Source of the DNA: Dehalococcoidia bacterium | GTDB lineage: Bacteria > Chloroflexota > Dehalococcoidia > Plut-88900 | Assembly: GCA_965197585.1 (NCBI GenBank) | Contig: OZ240215.1 | Coordinates: 1,376,642-1,440,641, forward strand | Reading direction: 5' to 3' | Length of the DNA stretch: 64,000 nt | Shown: positions 37,797 through 47,906 of the stretch, in pieces | How positions within the stretch are numbered: the stretch's first letter is position 1 | Layout: the number at the start of each line of letters is the position of its first letter | Notes under the pieces: generated by a model | The model's database searches: none | Seen by the model: the letters and a program-made list of their open reading frames with translations, nothing else | What the model was told of the DNA's origin: nothing | Program-made: the position numbers and the translations under genes

Positions 37797-40186
37797 TTCT
37801 CCCTCACTTTATATATGGTGATTTGCCCGCTTTCGAAGGCACGATCCATAAATTCGTCGAAGGTGGTTGCCGTGTCCAGGCCATACAAGTCACGTTCCAG
37901 CCCGCCCACGTAGACGTATTCGACGCCGTATTTCTCAAGCAAAGCCTCGACCACCGAGACATCGGCCTCCGTGTAGATCGCTCTGACGTCGTCGGCCCTT
38001 TCCCGGAACCCGCGCCGGCTCCCTCGCCACTGCTCCTCGTGTCCCGCCCAACCGAGAATTGTCGGCACACCGGTGCGCCCCGACACCCGCGCATAGTCGA
38101 GCCTGTAGTCTCCGCCGGGTGTGCCCCGGTCGTCTACTGCCACGGCTTCCACAATCACCGACTCGGGGCCTGAATCTTCCGAGATGAATGCCAGGGCTCG
38201 GGTTTCCGTGGACTCGGAGCCACCGAGGAAAGCCAGGCCGTTAAGGGTCGGCTCTGCCGAAAAGGAGTTCGTCTTGTTGTTCAAAGCGCTCAAAGTAAAC
38301 ATCGCCGATGCAACGATTAGCAATCCTATCAGTCCTACGGCAACCGTGCCCACAGTTCTTCTATAGATGCCCGACCAGTCCCATCCCGACACCAGGTAGT
38401 AGACGCCGAACGCCGACGCCGCGGCTAGCAGTATCCAAGCCTGGTAATAGAACTTGAACACCGTGTTCATCCTGTTGCCAAAAACGTCCACGATTCGAAA
38501 AAATTCCGGGCCGAGTGTCGCGAGCAGACCTGCGAATAACAGGATGAGGGCGAAAGTAGTTGCGGCCCGGCTCTCGTTCTTGGCGTTCAGCCCGAGCTTG
38601 AGAATCAGCCATAGGGCTAGCCCTAGAACCAACAGAAGAGGAAATGTCCCAAGGACCCGTGCCCCGATTTCGTCCAGACCTCCCAAGACATCTCCCTCCA
38701 CAAGGCTTTTGGGCAGTACGATTGCCGCCCAAATCGCGAAGGGGGCCAGCACCAGCAACGTCCCGGAGTGCCACATTCGTCCAGTGTCGGACCTAGCCCG
38801 GAGGTAGCGGAAGGTCAAGGCCAGCAGGAAGGGAACGCTTATGAGCAGGAAGAGCCCCACAACCAGGAAGTAATGGATGTATCGGGTGTGGACTCCCTCC
38901 ACGGGGAGCACCCAGGGGAAGAGGGGCGAGGGCCTGTCCCCGAGGTAGAAGGGCAGGTACAAGACTACCACCGCAGCCACCAGGACCCCGGCGAACAACC
39001 CCCAGCTTTTCATCTGTTCACGTCCCCACCCCACCCCCGACCAGTGGTTCGCGACCAACGTCGTCCCCAGGAACAACCCGAGTCCCAGCGGAAGGTCCCA
39101 GCTGTTGAGGAATCCCAATCCTCCTATACAAAGCGCTATGACCGCAAACCCGACCTTATTCTCCCGCATCCATCGGAGTCTAAATGTCTCTCCCGATGCG
39201 AGAGTTCGCAGACCCAGGCCCAACGCGAGAATCAGGAACGGCAGCGACATCACGTGCGGATGGAGATCGCCCAGGATGAAGCTGAAGCTGGGGAACTCCG
39301 TAATCGCGGGCGTCGACCCGCCTTCTGCGGCCTGGATGACCCGGGTCGTGCGCCACCACCACCAAAAGTCCTGGGAGAACCATGATGAGGTCTCCGGTGC
39401 CGTCGTCGCTCCCTCGACCCCGATCCACGACCACACACCTTCGCCTCCCACCCCCCATGCCCGCACAATCTCAGCAACCGACTGGAGGTTCCCTATCCCC
39501 ACCACCAGCAATGCTGCCAGCAGCCCGACGGCTACCGGAATCTCGCGACCATCCCCGTTGCCCCGTCGATGTATGCCTACCATCTCCGACACCAGCCCAA
39601 ACGCCCCAACTACCGACAACGAGAACAACAGGGCAATCGCAAGGTTGTACGCCACCGCCGCCTCGACGCCCGTGACCTTGGCCAAAACCCCGTGCATCAC
39701 GTACCCGAAGTAGTAGTAGCTCACCGAATGTCCGCTCAACCAGGGGTCTTGGGGGGGCATGGACTCGGCCCTGATAACCGAGTTGAGCAGGGCAAAGTCC
39801 ATCGGCTGTTCCGTGTGGCTGATTGCGGGGTCGTAGGCCCGAGCGGCGGCCCACCCGGCGAAAGCCGCCAGGAACAGCACGTCCACGATGACTATCGTCC
39901 ATCGCTGCTCTCGCACGTACTGCCGGAACTCGTCGAGTCTCCGGCAAACAACCAGGAACGAGGCCGCCGCCAGAACCAGCGCCACCCCCGACACCCAATA
40001 GCGGTTGAGAGGCACGATTCCAGAGAACCCCACCATCCACACCAGGAAGCTGAACAGCAGTATCCCAAGGACTTTGGAGAAGGCATAACCACCGTAGGGC
40101 AGGCGCGAGAACAGGACGAAGGTGACCGGCAAGGCAATGAGACCCAGGGCCTCGACGGCGAGCGCCCAGGAGATGAAGTCGATCAT
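37793..40186 (-). CDS. TIGR03662 'Chlor_Arch_YYY' / DUF2298 membrane protein
   Basis: 797-aa, very hydrophobic protein carrying the YYYxG motif (HSVSYYYFGYV). Confidence 0.8.
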   Translation of the reverse strand: MIDFISWALAVEALGLIALPVTFVLFSRLPYGGYAFSKVLGILLFSFLVWMVGFSGIVPLNRYWVSGVALVLAAASFLVVCRRLDEFRQYVREQRWTIVIVDVLFLAAFAGWAAARAYDPAISHTEQPMDFALLNSVIRAESMPPQDPWLSGHSVSYYYFGYVMHGVLAKVTGVEAAVAYNLAIALLFSLSVVGAFGLVSEMVGIHRRGNGDGREIPVAVGLLAALLVVGIGNLQSVAEIVRAWGVGGEGVWSWIGVEGATTAPETSSWFSQDFWWWWRTTRVIQAAEGGSTPAITEFPSFSFILGDLHPHVMSLPFLILALGLGLRTLASGETFRLRWMRENKVGFAVIALCIGGLGFLNSWDLPLGLGLFLGTTLVANHWSGVGWGREQMKSWGLFAGVLVAAVVVLYLPFYLGDRPSPLFPWVLPVEGVHTRYIHYFLVVGLFLLISVPFLLALTFRYLRARSDTGRMWHSGTLLVLAPFAIWAAIVLPKSLVEGDVLGGLDEIGARVLGTFPLLLVLGLALWLILKLGLNAKNESRAATTFALILLFAGLLATLGPEFFRIVDVFGNRMNTVFKFYYQAWILLAAASAFGVYYLVSGWDWSGIYRRTVGTVAVGLIGLLIVASAMFTLSALNNKTNSFSAEPTLNGLAFLGGSESTETRALAFISEDSGPESVIVEAVAVDDRGTPGGDYRLDYARVSGRTGVPTILGWAGHEEQWRGSRRGFRERADDVRAIYTEADVSVVEALLEKYGVEYVYVGGLERDLYGLDTATTFDEFMDRAFESGQITIYKVREN

Positions 40187-40230
40187 GTCGGGCTAACCAT
40201 GGTCATGGAATGCACACCCATATTATCCAT

Positions 40231-40269
40231 AAAGCCGATGCGTCCGCCTGAGGCGGACGCATCGGCTTT
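40231..40269 (-). terminator. Perfect 18-bp hairpin downstream of ftsY (terminator-like)
   Basis: aaagccgatgcgtccgcc - tga - ggcggacgcatcggcttt. On the minus strand it is followed by TTTAT. Confidence 0.6.
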
Positions 40270-40303
40270 AAATAACCCGTTGTCGGGTGCCGAGGGCAAG
40301 TCT

Positions 40304-41272
40304 CTATCCCAGCAAGGCCGACACAAATTCTTCCGCGTCGAAGGGGGCCATGTCGTCGGGGCCTTCGCCCGTGCCTATGAACCTGATAGGTATGCCCAGC
40401 TCGTCGCAGATGCTAAGGACTACGCCACCCTTTGCGGAGCCATCCAGCTTGGCGAGGAAGATTCCTGTCACACCCGCCGACTCGATGAACTGTCGGGCCT
40501 GGGCCACCGCGTTCTGCCCGATCACCGCATCCAACACCAGCACCACTTCATGAGGCGCGGATGGATCGAACCGGCTGACGACTCTCTTGATCTTCTGGAG
40601 TTCCTGCATCAGGTTGTACTTGGTGTGCAGCCGACCCGCGGTGTCGACTAATACAAGGTCGGCCTTCCGGTTTTTGGCGCTGCTCAGCGCGTCGAAGGCC
40701 ACCGCCCCGGGGTCCGACCCCTGCCGGTGGGCCACAACGTGGGCCCCCGACCTTTCACCCCACACCTCCAGTTGCTCGATAGCCGCCGCCCGAAACGTGT
40801 CAGCCGCGGCCAGCACCACGCTTTGCCCCTCCGAACAGTAGGCGTGGGCCATCTTGCCTATCGAAGTCGTCTTCCCGCCTCCGTTCACCCCGACCACCAG
40901 CACGACACCCGGCCCACCGTTAACGGAGGATAGAAACTCTCGATCTCCTGAGGCCTTGGATAGGATCGACGCCATCTCCTCTCGCAGCGCAGCCCGGATA
41001 TCGTCGGGATTGCCCAGCCTCTCGCTCTTGACCCGTTCCCGCAGGGTCTCGGAGATTCGCGTGGAAGTCTTGACGCCGACATCCGCGGAGATCAGGACCT
41101 CTTCGAGGGTCTCCCAGAACTCCTCGTCTATCTTGGGCGTGTTAAATACGCCGACAATTCGCCGAAGAAAACCCTGTTTCGTACGCTTGAGGCTCTCCTC
41201 GGTCTTCTTTTCACGTCTTCTGAGTCTAAAGAACGGCATGTATGCTCCTGAATCGATGTTAACACTCGCCAA
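40304..41272 (-). CDS. ftsY: Signal recognition particle receptor FtsY
   Basis: NG domain motifs [19 protein letters not shown] and [15 protein letters not shown]. Confidence 0.95.
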   Translation of the reverse strand: MASVNIDSGAYMPFFRLRRREKKTEESLKRTKQGFLRRIVGVFNTPKIDEEFWETLEEVLISADVGVKTSTRISETLRERVKSERLGNPDDIRAALREEMASILSKASGDREFLSSVNGGPGVVLVVGVNGGGKTTSIGKMAHAYCSEGQSVVLAAADTFRAAAIEQLEVWGERSGAHVVAHRQGSDPGAVAFDALSSAKNRKADLVLVDTAGRLHTKYNLMQELQKIKRVVSRFDPSAPHEVVLVLDAVIGQNAVAQARQFIESAGVTGIFLAKLDGSAKGGVVLSICDELGIPIRFIGTGEGPDDMAPFDAEEFVSALLG

Positions 41273-41362
41273 AAAACACGGTCAACATTTGCCCTCGAAT
41301 TGACACTCCCTCCCCCCGTTCTTATCCTTCCCTCAATCAGACCCTCCCACCAGGAGTATGCC

Positions 41363-42487
41363 ATGCCCGAACCCACCCTCTGGACACCCCTCTGCGATAT
41401 GCTCGGAATCCGGTTCCCCGTTCTGCAGGCTGGCATGGTACCAGGCGGCTCCCCCGAACTAGCCGCCGCAGTCTCTAACGCCGGGGGCCTTGGTGTTCTG
41501 GGCGCTTCCGGCTGGGAACCCGAGGACATCCGCCAGAAAATTCGCTGGATCCGCGACCACACTAATAATCCTTTCGGCGTCGATCTGCAACTTCCCGTGT
41601 CCATGGCTGATGTAGACGACAACCGGGAAGAGGTCAAGGCCACCCTCCACTTCGACTACCCTGACCACGTCGCCTGGGTCAAGGACGCTGTCCAAAGGCA
41701 CTCCGTCCCCGACGCCAAGGCGGGAAAGTCATTCGCCTACAACCCGGCTTTCATCCGACGTCAGGTCGAGGTGATTCTCGAAGAAGAAGTCCCCGTGTTC
41801 GTATCAGCACTGGGCCCGCCCGGCTGGATGACCGAGGACGCTCATAAGCTCGGAATGAAGGTCATTGGCATGGCCGGCAGCCCCCGGCACGCCCGCCGTC
41901 ACGTCGACGCCGGGGTGGACATCGTAGTGGCCCAGGGCAACGAGGCTGGGGGGCACACGGGAAGAATCGCCACGATGGTACTCGTGCCACAGGTGGTCGA
42001 CGCCATAGCCCCGGTCCCGGTAGTCGCCGCCGGGGGGATTGGGGATGGGCGGGGAATCGCCGCCGCTCTTTCTCTCGGGGCCCAGGGAGTATGGTGCGGC
42101 ACGCTGTTCCTCTCCTCCGACGAAGCAGCCGTCCCCGACATCCACAAGCGCCGCATAGTCGAGGGCCGTTCCGAGGACTGGGTAATCAGTCGTCTCAGCT
42201 CCGGCAAGACGGCCCGCTATTTCAACAACGTCCTCGTCCAGGAATGGGCCGACTCCGGCCTGCAGGCCCTCCCCATGCCGCTGCAAGGCATGCTCATCGA
42301 AGACATGGAGCAGGGTGTTGTTGAAGGCCATTTGGAAGAACTGGAGCTGAATTCCGGCGGCCAGGTCGGGGGACTGATCGGGAAGCGAAGGCCCGCCGCC
42401 CGCATCGTCGAAGACCTGGTGAGTGAGGCGTCGGAGGCCCTCGCGCGACTTAGCCGCTATTCCATCGGAGCAGAGGCCCGGAACTAA
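41363..42487 (+). CDS. Nitronate monooxygenase / NMO-family FMN oxidoreductase
   Basis: GIRFPVLQAGM..., VAQGNEAGGHTG..., VVAAGGIGDGRG motifs. ATG 41363 lies behind CAGGAG. Confidence 0.85.
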   Translation: MPEPTLWTPLCDMLGIRFPVLQAGMVPGGSPELAAAVSNAGGLGVLGASGWEPEDIRQKIRWIRDHTNNPFGVDLQLPVSMADVDDNREEVKATLHFDYPDHVAWVKDAVQRHSVPDAKAGKSFAYNPAFIRRQVEVILEEEVPVFVSALGPPGWMTEDAHKLGMKVIGMAGSPRHARRHVDAGVDIVVAQGNEAGGHTGRIATMVLVPQVVDAIAPVPVVAAGGIGDGRGIAAALSLGAQGVWCGTLFLSSDEAAVPDIHKRRIVEGRSEDWVISRLSSGKTARYFNNVLVQEWADSGLQALPMPLQGMLIEDMEQGVVEGHLEELELNSGGQVGGLIGKRRPAARIVEDLVSEASEALARLSRYSIGAEARN

Positions 42488-42513
42488 GCCCCCGATCCAC
42501 GGAGACTCCTGAC

Positions 42514-43146
42514 ATGTACGTGCCCAAGCTCTATGCCGTAACCGACAAACAGCGCAGCTACGACTTCATACGGGATAACGGGTTCGGCATTTTATTCTCG
42601 TCTCAAGGCTCGGGCCCGGTGGCTTCTCACCTGCCCTTCGTCCTTTCCGAGGAGCCCGACGGTCAAGACTTTCTCCTGGGTCACATGGCAAGGGCCAACG
42701 ACCACTGGCGTCACGCCGACGGCAATGAGGTCATGGTGGTCTTTCACGGGCCTCACGCCTACATTTCCCCCACCTGGTACCGGGAACCCGATACCGTCCC
42801 CACCTGGAACTATGCCGTCGTACACGTCTACGGCGCCTTCGAGGCGCTGCACGACAGGGAGGACGCCGTGCAGGTCGTTCAGCAGGTGGTCGACTACTAC
42901 GAGTCCTTCCTGCCACAACCCTGGAAAGCCGACTTCGATTCCCCCTACAACCGTAAAATGATCAAAGGGGTCACCGCCTTTAGGATCAGGATAGACCGGG
43001 TGGTGGGCAAATGGAAGTTGGGTCAGAACCGTCCGGAATACATCCGACGCCGTGCCATCCACGCCCTAAGGACTTTCCCCGGCGACTATGAGCGCAACAT
43101 CGCCGATATGATGGAGTCGGCAATAGACTCCAACAACGAGGGTTAA
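42514..43146 (+). CDS. FMN-binding PaiB-family protein
   Basis: 210 aa with HLPF...GHMARAN...HAYISPTWY...VPTWNY...KLGQNR, typical of the PaiB family. Confidence 0.8.
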   Translation: MYVPKLYAVTDKQRSYDFIRDNGFGILFSSQGSGPVASHLPFVLSEEPDGQDFLLGHMARANDHWRHADGNEVMVVFHGPHAYISPTWYREPDTVPTWNYAVVHVYGAFEALHDREDAVQVVQQVVDYYESFLPQPWKADFDSPYNRKMIKGVTAFRIRIDRVVGKWKLGQNRPEYIRRRAIHALRTFPGDYERNIADMMESAIDSNNEG

Positions 43147-43160
43147 TGGGCGGCGTAAGC

Positions 43161-43853
43161 CTACGACGCGGCGAAACGGTCCAGGGCTTGTTTGGCAGCT
43201 CTCCGTTGCGCTACCCGCTTGGATGTCCCCGTGCCCCTGCCCATTGAACGCCCACCGATGATCACCTTAGTGGCGAAAATCGGGTCACCGGTCTCTGACA
43301 ACTGCTGTGTCGTCTCGTACCGGGGCTGGACTTGAAGCCGCGCCTGGGTGAGCTCCTGAAGCCGCGACTTATAGTCGGTCTCTCCGCCACCGTTGGATAC
43401 GGTTTTAATCCTGGCCTTAAGCGCCTGGACAACGAAGCTGCGAGCCGCATCCAGACCGGCATCCAGCCAGACAGCGCCTATTATCGCTTCCAGGGCCCCC
43501 GCCAGGTTGCGCCGCTTAGTCCTCCCCCCCGACTTCTCCTCCCCCCGCCCCAGCCGCAAATGCTTGCCGAGGTCCATAGCTTCCGCTGCCGAGGCCAGGG
43601 CCTGGGTCGAGACCAACTGGGCGCGCAGGACCGTCATTTCACCTTCGGTGAGTTGCGGCCATTGTCCATACAGATCGTCGGCGATTATGAACCCGAGAAC
43701 GGAATCGCCCAGGAATTCCAAACGTTCGTTGGATTCCTGGGCGGCTTCCGGGTGCTCGTGTAGGTAGGATGAGTGGGTCAGGGCCTGGACCAGCAGGTAC
43801 TCATCGGCCAATTCCACTACTTTGCTTGGTTCGACACCGTTGTTCGGGGACAT
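43161..43853 (-). CDS. rnc: Ribonuclease III
   Basis: Signature ERLEFLGDSVL plus a C-terminal dsRBD (DYKSRLQE...GTSKRVAQRRAA). Confidence 0.93.
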   Translation of the reverse strand: MSPNNGVEPSKVVELADEYLLVQALTHSSYLHEHPEAAQESNERLEFLGDSVLGFIIADDLYGQWPQLTEGEMTVLRAQLVSTQALASAAEAMDLGKHLRLGRGEEKSGGRTKRRNLAGALEAIIGAVWLDAGLDAARSFVVQALKARIKTVSNGGGETDYKSRLQELTQARLQVQPRYETTQQLSETGDPIFATKVIIGGRSMGRGTGTSKRVAQRRAAKQALDRFAAS

Positions 43854-43870
43854 ATTCTTCGGGTGGTGGG

Positions 43871-44491
43871 TTAGTCCCCGGGAGGGGTTGGACGCTTGAT
43901 CTCCTGGAGGTTCGGCACGCCGTTGACAACGCCGAGAACGCTTTCAAACACCTCTCGGGCCTGCTCAGCCGGCGGTGGAGGCATCATCTTGAGGAAAGCC
44001 GAGGCGCCGGTGTCGGTGAACATGGTGGGAACACCGAAGACACCGTAGTTGGCCTTGGCTTCTTCGTAGTCGGAGGCAATGGTCTTCAGGGCCTGGGGGT
44101 CGTTGATGTCCTCGAGGAACTTGTCGATGTCCAGCCCCGCGTCCTTCGCCACGTCCGTCAGAATCTCGAGCTTGTCGATGGCCTTCCGTTGCATGTGACG
44201 GGCATTAAGCAGTCCAACATGGAACTTTTCGAATTTCTCGGCGCCCTGCTTCTTGGCGGCCTCTCCGGCCTTCAGGGCAAGGAGACCTTTGCTGGGGAAG
44301 GACTCATCCTGTTCCCACAACTTCCAGTCGGGGCCTTCCTTCGAGTTAACCTGCTCCAACGGGAAATTCTTCCACGTTATGTTAAGATCGTCTCCGTACG
44401 CCTTCTTTACGTCTTGCAGCCAAACTGCCGCAACCCGAACGTAGGGTCAGAGATAGTCGTAGAACACCGTGAGATTAACTTTTTCAGACAT
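43871..44491 (-). CDS. DsbA/GST-kappa-like thioredoxin-fold protein with in-frame TGA (candidate selenocysteine at residue 15)
   Basis: ATG 44491 lies behind GAAAGGTGGGG. The product reads MSEKVNLTVFYDYL-TGA-PYVRVAAVWL... in frame with the 162-aa ORF (43871-44359), which ends in a DsbA-family C-terminus (GVFGVPTMF). The TGA is at 44447-44449. Confidence 0.6.
44414..44433 (-). promoter_or_regulatory. SECIS-like hairpin downstream of the in-frame TGA
   Basis: mRNA UUGCGGC-AGUUUG-GCUGCAA forms a 7-bp stem that begins 13 nt after UGA. The spacing and the GGUUGC...GCA sequence resemble the E. coli fdhF SECIS as I recall it. Confidence 0.45.
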
Positions 44492-44561
44492 GACGCCCCA
44501 CCTTTCACACTAGAATCAAGACCATTTTAACATCCGGCCACCCTATAATACACCCCAGATC

Positions 44562-45806
44562 ATGGACTACCTGAAGGCACTGCAATACCGGACCCGCCCC
44601 GACCTCTGGGCCTTAATCACGCGCTTAGCTGATCTGGCCGCGGACCGAGCGAGCCCCCTCTACATCGTCGGCGGCCGAGTCCGTGACCTCCTCCTTGAAC
44701 GTCCCGCCGCGGATTTAGACTTGGTCGTCGAAGGCGACGCTCTGGACCTGGTGCGCGCCCTGGCCCTCGACCAGGGCGGCGAGGCCGTCGTGCACCCGAG
44801 ATTTGGCACGGCAACCTACCGTAACGGCACCCTGAGATTCGACCTGGCCACCGCCCGCACCGAAACCTACTCGCGCCCCGGCGTCCTCCCCGATGTCCGC
44901 CCCGGCCCCATTGAAGAGGATCTGGCGCGTCGGGACTTCACCGTCAACGCCATAGCCCTGCGCCTCAGCCCTCCCGATGCGGGAACGTTACTGGACAGGT
45001 TCGGGAGTCGGCAGGACTTAGAAGACCGCCTGATACGCGTCCTCCACGACGGCAGCTTCGTAGATGATCCAACGCGCATAATGCGCGCCATCAGATACGA
45101 GCAGAGGCTCGGGTTCCAGATCGAATCCTCGACCCTCGCCCTCCTGTCGAGAGACCTCCACCTGCTCCCGTCCGTCGGCGTAGACCGACTGCGCCGAGAG
45201 ATCGACCTCTTTCTCCTGGAGCCCGCCCCCGAGCTACCTCTTCTACGTGCCGAAACCCTCGGCGTTCTCCCGACAATCGATCCTGCCCTACATCTCGGCG
45301 CTCGTCTCTCAGAGATTTTCCAGTCGGCCCGCCATGAATTGGGCCAGGTCGAGCCCACCATATTTCTCGCACTGCTTCTCTACTCAGTAGAAACAGGGAA
45401 AGCCATTCAATTTCTTGACCGATACCGCTTTCCGAAGGAGTCGATTGGGACGGTGAAAGGCACACTAGCCTTGAGGGACTCGGAGGTAAGAATCTCGGTA
45501 GAGGGACTCAGGGACAGCCAGGTGTACACTCACTTCAAGGGATTCGACAGCGACTCCGTTAGTGCTTTTGGAATCGCTACCGAGCATGAGGTTGCCAGAA
45601 CCCGCGCCGCCGACTACCTATCCCGGCTCGCCGACGTTCGACCCGAGCTAACCGGCAAAGACTTGATCAACTTGGGCGTGCCTCGCGGCCCGGATATAGG
45701 CCGCGTCCTGAATCGACTTCTTGAGGCTCGTTTGGACGGGCTGACGTCCTCATGCGAAGACGAGGCCGCCCTCGTCAAGGAGTGGCTGGCGGAGTCTGGG
45801 AGCTAG
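44562..45806 (+). CDS. cca: CCA-adding enzyme / poly(A) polymerase-family tRNA nucleotidyltransferase
   Basis: Head-domain motifs YIVGGRVRDLLL, DLDLVVEGD, and RRDFTVNA. Confidence 0.88.
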   Translation: MDYLKALQYRTRPDLWALITRLADLAADRASPLYIVGGRVRDLLLERPAADLDLVVEGDALDLVRALALDQGGEAVVHPRFGTATYRNGTLRFDLATARTETYSRPGVLPDVRPGPIEEDLARRDFTVNAIALRLSPPDAGTLLDRFGSRQDLEDRLIRVLHDGSFVDDPTRIMRAIRYEQRLGFQIESSTLALLSRDLHLLPSVGVDRLRREIDLFLLEPAPELPLLRAETLGVLPTIDPALHLGARLSEIFQSARHELGQVEPTIFLALLLYSVETGKAIQFLDRYRFPKESIGTVKGTLALRDSEVRISVEGLRDSQVYTHFKGFDSDSVSAFGIATEHEVARTRAADYLSRLADVRPELTGKDLINLGVPRGPDIGRVLNRLLEARLDGLTSSCEDEAALVKEWLAESGS

Positions 45807-46686
45807 CCGACTTCTTCTCCAGCCTTCGCCCTTGGAAAAGGTACTGCTGGGCGTAACCCGCGTGCACCCCAAAATAGTCCAGGGCCCAGGTCCGGATCGC
45901 ATCGTAAGAAGGGTTCTCTCCCACCGAGTACCACTCCTCCACCGCCCTCCTGACCCACCGGTCTATGGGAAAGGAGTCCAGCTTTTCCAGGGAGAAAAGC
46001 AATACGCAGTCGGCTACCTTGTCCCCCACCCCGAACAGAGTCCTCAGGTCCTTCTTTGCGTCGTCGTAGTTGAGTTCCCGCAAGCCCTCCAGGTCATACA
46101 CGCCGCGGCCGATCCGGTCCGCGGTGTCGGCCAGGTACGGCGCTCTGAACCCCATCCCCATCAACCTCAGTCCAGTTTCACCCAACTCCATCACCTTCTC
46201 GGGGCCCGGGAAGGAGAACCGGACGTGGCCGTCCATCTCCAGCCGGTCGCCCATCTTGCCGCACAGCGATTCTATTGACTGGCTTATCCGGGGGATGTTC
46301 GATGATATGGAGCAGATGAACGACACCAGGCATTCCCACGGCTCCTGCCTCAGAAGCCGCAGACCGAAAAACTGGGCAATCGCCCGACGCATCCTGTCGT
46401 CCCGGCCTATGACCCGGTAGATTTCCGGCAGATCGTCGTCCAGTCTCAGATAGTAGGCCAGCCGATTGACGATCTCCTCTTCGGGTAAGGGGTAGCTGTT
46501 GAATTCGACGCCCAGGAGCGTCTGTCGAATCTTCAGGATGTTGCCGTAAATGACCCCGTAGTACCAATCGCCCTCGCGCCTCCACCTGAAGGCCTGGCCG
46601 CACTCCAGCGTGTGGGTGAGATTGAATGGCTGGTCGATGGGGATCAGCATAAGGTGGAATTGTTGGGCCTTCCCGACCGGCCCCAC
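45775..46686 (-). CDS. HhH-GPD DNA glycosylase (8-oxoguanine glycosylase/AP-lyase, Ogg-like)
   Basis: OGG N-domain-like TLECGQAFRW and the HhH-GPD region LRTLFGVGDKVADCVLLF. Its 3' end overlaps convergently with cca by 32 nt. Confidence 0.8.
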   Translation of the reverse strand: MGPVGKAQQFHLMLIPIDQPFNLTHTLECGQAFRWRREGDWYYGVIYGNILKIRQTLLGVEFNSYPLPEEEIVNRLAYYLRLDDDLPEIYRVIGRDDRMRRAIAQFFGLRLLRQEPWECLVSFICSISSNIPRISQSIESLCGKMGDRLEMDGHVRFSFPGPEKVMELGETGLRLMGMGFRAPYLADTADRIGRGVYDLEGLRELNYDDAKKDLRTLFGVGDKVADCVLLFSLEKLDSFPIDRWVRRAVEEWYSVGENPSYDAIRTWALDYFGVHAGYAQQYLFQGRRLEKKSASSQTPPATP

Positions 46687-46704
46687 CCCCGACCCTTCCC
46701 CAGG

Positions 46705-47382
46705 CTAGACGGGGTTGTAGATGGAAAGGGACCCTTGCCTGAGCCCCGTGCCCGGACGGTACCGCCCCGCCCTGAGCTCGACGAGAAGGTCCTCGTCGGT
46801 GTGAATGTCCCGCTCGAAGACCGTCACGTTGCACCCGACACCGTGATGAGAATGGGCGTCGCTGCCGGCAGTGCAAGGCTTGCCCAGCATCTGGGCGACT
46901 CGGTAGGCGGTCTCGTTCTCTCTCTCGTTGTTGCCGCCATTGAGCGCCTCGATTGCATCAACATATTCGAAGACGCTGTGGCGGCTCTTCCCTTCCAGAG
47001 ACTCGGGCTTGGTGCCGTTGGGCCAAAGCAGGCTGCCTCGGTGGTCGTAGAAGCGGCGGAACGGGTGCATCGACACCATGTAACCGCCGACCTCGTTGAT
47101 CACCTCCCGCAGCTTGGCGACTTTGTGCATTCCGCTCACATAGTGGTGCAAACCGAAAGAGCCGATGTGCCCCATTTCGGTGTCGACCTCCAGGGCGTGA
47201 AAAACCATGATCTCCTGGGAGGCTGAGAATTCGCGAAACTTGGACCAATCCCAGTTCGCACCGTGCTCCGTGAAGCAGATCCCGTCCAGTCCCTGCTTTT
47301 TCGCTTCAAGGACTAAGTCCTGCGGCGAAATGCTGCTGTCGCTCCCCCCGATCATCGTATGGGAATGTAGGTCTATAAGCAC
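46705..47382 (-). CDS. PHP-domain metal-dependent phosphoesterase
   Basis: MLIDLHSHTMIGGSD... and FTEHG, GSDAHS His/Asp motifs of the PHP family. Confidence 0.8.
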   Translation of the reverse strand: MLIDLHSHTMIGGSDSSISPQDLVLEAKKQGLDGICFTEHGANWDWSKFREFSASQEIMVFHALEVDTEMGHIGSFGLHHYVSGMHKVAKLREVINEVGGYMVSMHPFRRFYDHRGSLLWPNGTKPESLEGKSRHSVFEYVDAIEALNGGNNERENETAYRVAQMLGKPCTAGSDAHSHHGVGCNVTVFERDIHTDEDLLVELRAGRYRPGTGLRQGSLSIYNPV

Positions 47383-47474
47383 TTGGGCGGTTTTCTCAAA
47401 TCCCCGCGCCCTGGCTGGGGCGCAAACTGTGAATTATCGAACAAAGCCGCAGTCATTTTATCAGCCGGACACCT

Positions 47475-47906
47475 TCACGACAACAGAAGCGGCATCAACC
47501 AGCCGAACATCCCTGCAAAGGCCAGGCCCAGTAAGTATCCGTCCCGCCAGATCCATTTACGCGTCCATAAAGCCCCGAGCACAACTGCATTCAGGGTGAA
47601 TGCACAAATCCCGATGGAAAAGGCCATGTTGGGACTGCCGATACCCGAGCCCGGTGCCAACGCCTCCGCCCCGATATACAGCGCCCCTATCATCCCACCC
47701 CCGAGTCCCCACGCTCCCATTACCACCAGTGGAAGCAGTGCCGAAGCCGGGATGGTCCCCGGCACCCTGTTCAAGGACCCGAACAAGCCACTGGGTTTGC
47801 GGCCCGGCGCGGTAATGTTGATCGCCCAGAGCATAGTGAACAGGGTGCCAATGAAGAACCCGCATGCAGTGCCAATCAGTAAGGCCACGGTGTCAGCGCG
47901 CCTCAC
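47475..47906 (-). CDS. Small integral membrane protein (about 4 TM), function unknown
   Basis: 143-aa, Gly/Ala-rich hydrophobic protein. Its start overlaps the ispE stop by 4 nt. Confidence 0.6.
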   Translation of the reverse strand: MRRADTVALLIGTACGFFIGTLFTMLWAINITAPGRKPSGLFGSLNRVPGTIPASALLPLVVMGAWGLGGGMIGALYIGAEALAPGSGIGSPNMAFSIGICAFTLNAVVLGALWTRKWIWRDGYLLGLAFAGMFGWLMPLLLS

